Position numbers and translations under genes: made by a program. DNA of 61,936 bases, filler included, from Nemertoderma westbladi (taxonomy: Eukaryota > Animalia > Xenacoelomorpha): assembly GCA_032718475.1 (NCBI GenBank). It is 3 parts of 3 records of this genome, joined end to end, with 100 filler letters (N's around TTAATTAATTAA, not from the genome) between each part and the next. Parts side by side here need not be neighbours in the genome. Positions count along the whole stretch, not along the records: positions 42,101 to 61,936 come from JAUCBJ010003038.1; 2 more parts are not named here. One strand, written 5' to 3'. The notes beneath the pieces were generated by a model that saw only the letters and a list, made by a program, of their open reading frames with translations, did no database searches and was not told the origin of the DNA. Positions 61,476 to 61,936 of this stretch are shown one piece after another. Numbering within the stretch: position 1 is the stretch's first letter; each line of letters opens with the position of its first letter.

Positions 61476-61936
61476 TTTCATATCAATAGAAAGCTTACGT
61501 TGCAAGGAGTCCAAATATGTAACAACATCTGAATTTAGTTGAGAAACGGCTGAGATAGGCGTTCAAAGATTGCAAGAATTATCGTTCGCTGAAGGCAATT
61601 TATTCTATGTAATAAATACACAATATTCTGGAACAACTTGTTTATGTATGATTAGCTATGTAAGATATTGTATAGGCTATTGTATATTGTATATATATAT
61701 ATATATTGTATTGTATATTGTATAGGATATTGTACTGGCTGTTGCCAACCAACTCTTAAAATAAATAACACGTTTCAGAATTTTGTGTATTTATTAAATA
61801 GAATAAATGGCCTTCAACGAATAATAATTCTTGCTTGCAATCATTGAACGCCTATATCTCAGTTGTTTCACAACTAAATTCCGACATTGTTACATATTTG
61901 GAATCCTTGCAACGCAAGCTTTCTATTGATATGAAA
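61476..61936. mobile_element. Long-TIR MITE running off the window edge
   Basis: 61476-61596 is the diverged reverse complement of 61810-61936. Confidence 0.7.

Overview
AT-rich, repeat-dominated eukaryotic (animal, probably invertebrate) genomic DNA. It is split into three pieces by two artificial 100-bp spacers (N44-TTAATTAATTAA-N44 at 25178-25277 and 42001-42100), so adjacency across them is not guaranteed. Piece 1 holds nested non-LTR retrotransposons whose junctions can be read from target-site duplications. A CR1-type LINE with a 2A ribosome-skip motif sits inside a CRE-like element. A full-length RTE carries an RTE and an L2 inserted into it. There is also a Proto2/RTEX-like LINE, a tRNA-derived SINE, and one likely host exon (signal peptide + PAN/Apple-like domain). 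Piece 2 holds long inverted repeats, an intact 689-aa Chapaev-type (RAG1/Transib-fold) transposase, a highly structured GC-rich island and a 2.3-kb satellite. Next to the satellite is a degraded, apparently spliced gene for a C2H2 zinc finger + tyrosine recombinase + Myb/SANT-like protein, whose 3' end seems to have seeded the satellite; this is the most unusual element here. Piece 3 is a mosaic of MITEs (several PIF/Harbinger-like), nested inverted-repeat elements, LINE fragments and orphan ORFs. All family assignments come from motif recognition by eye; no database searches were run.
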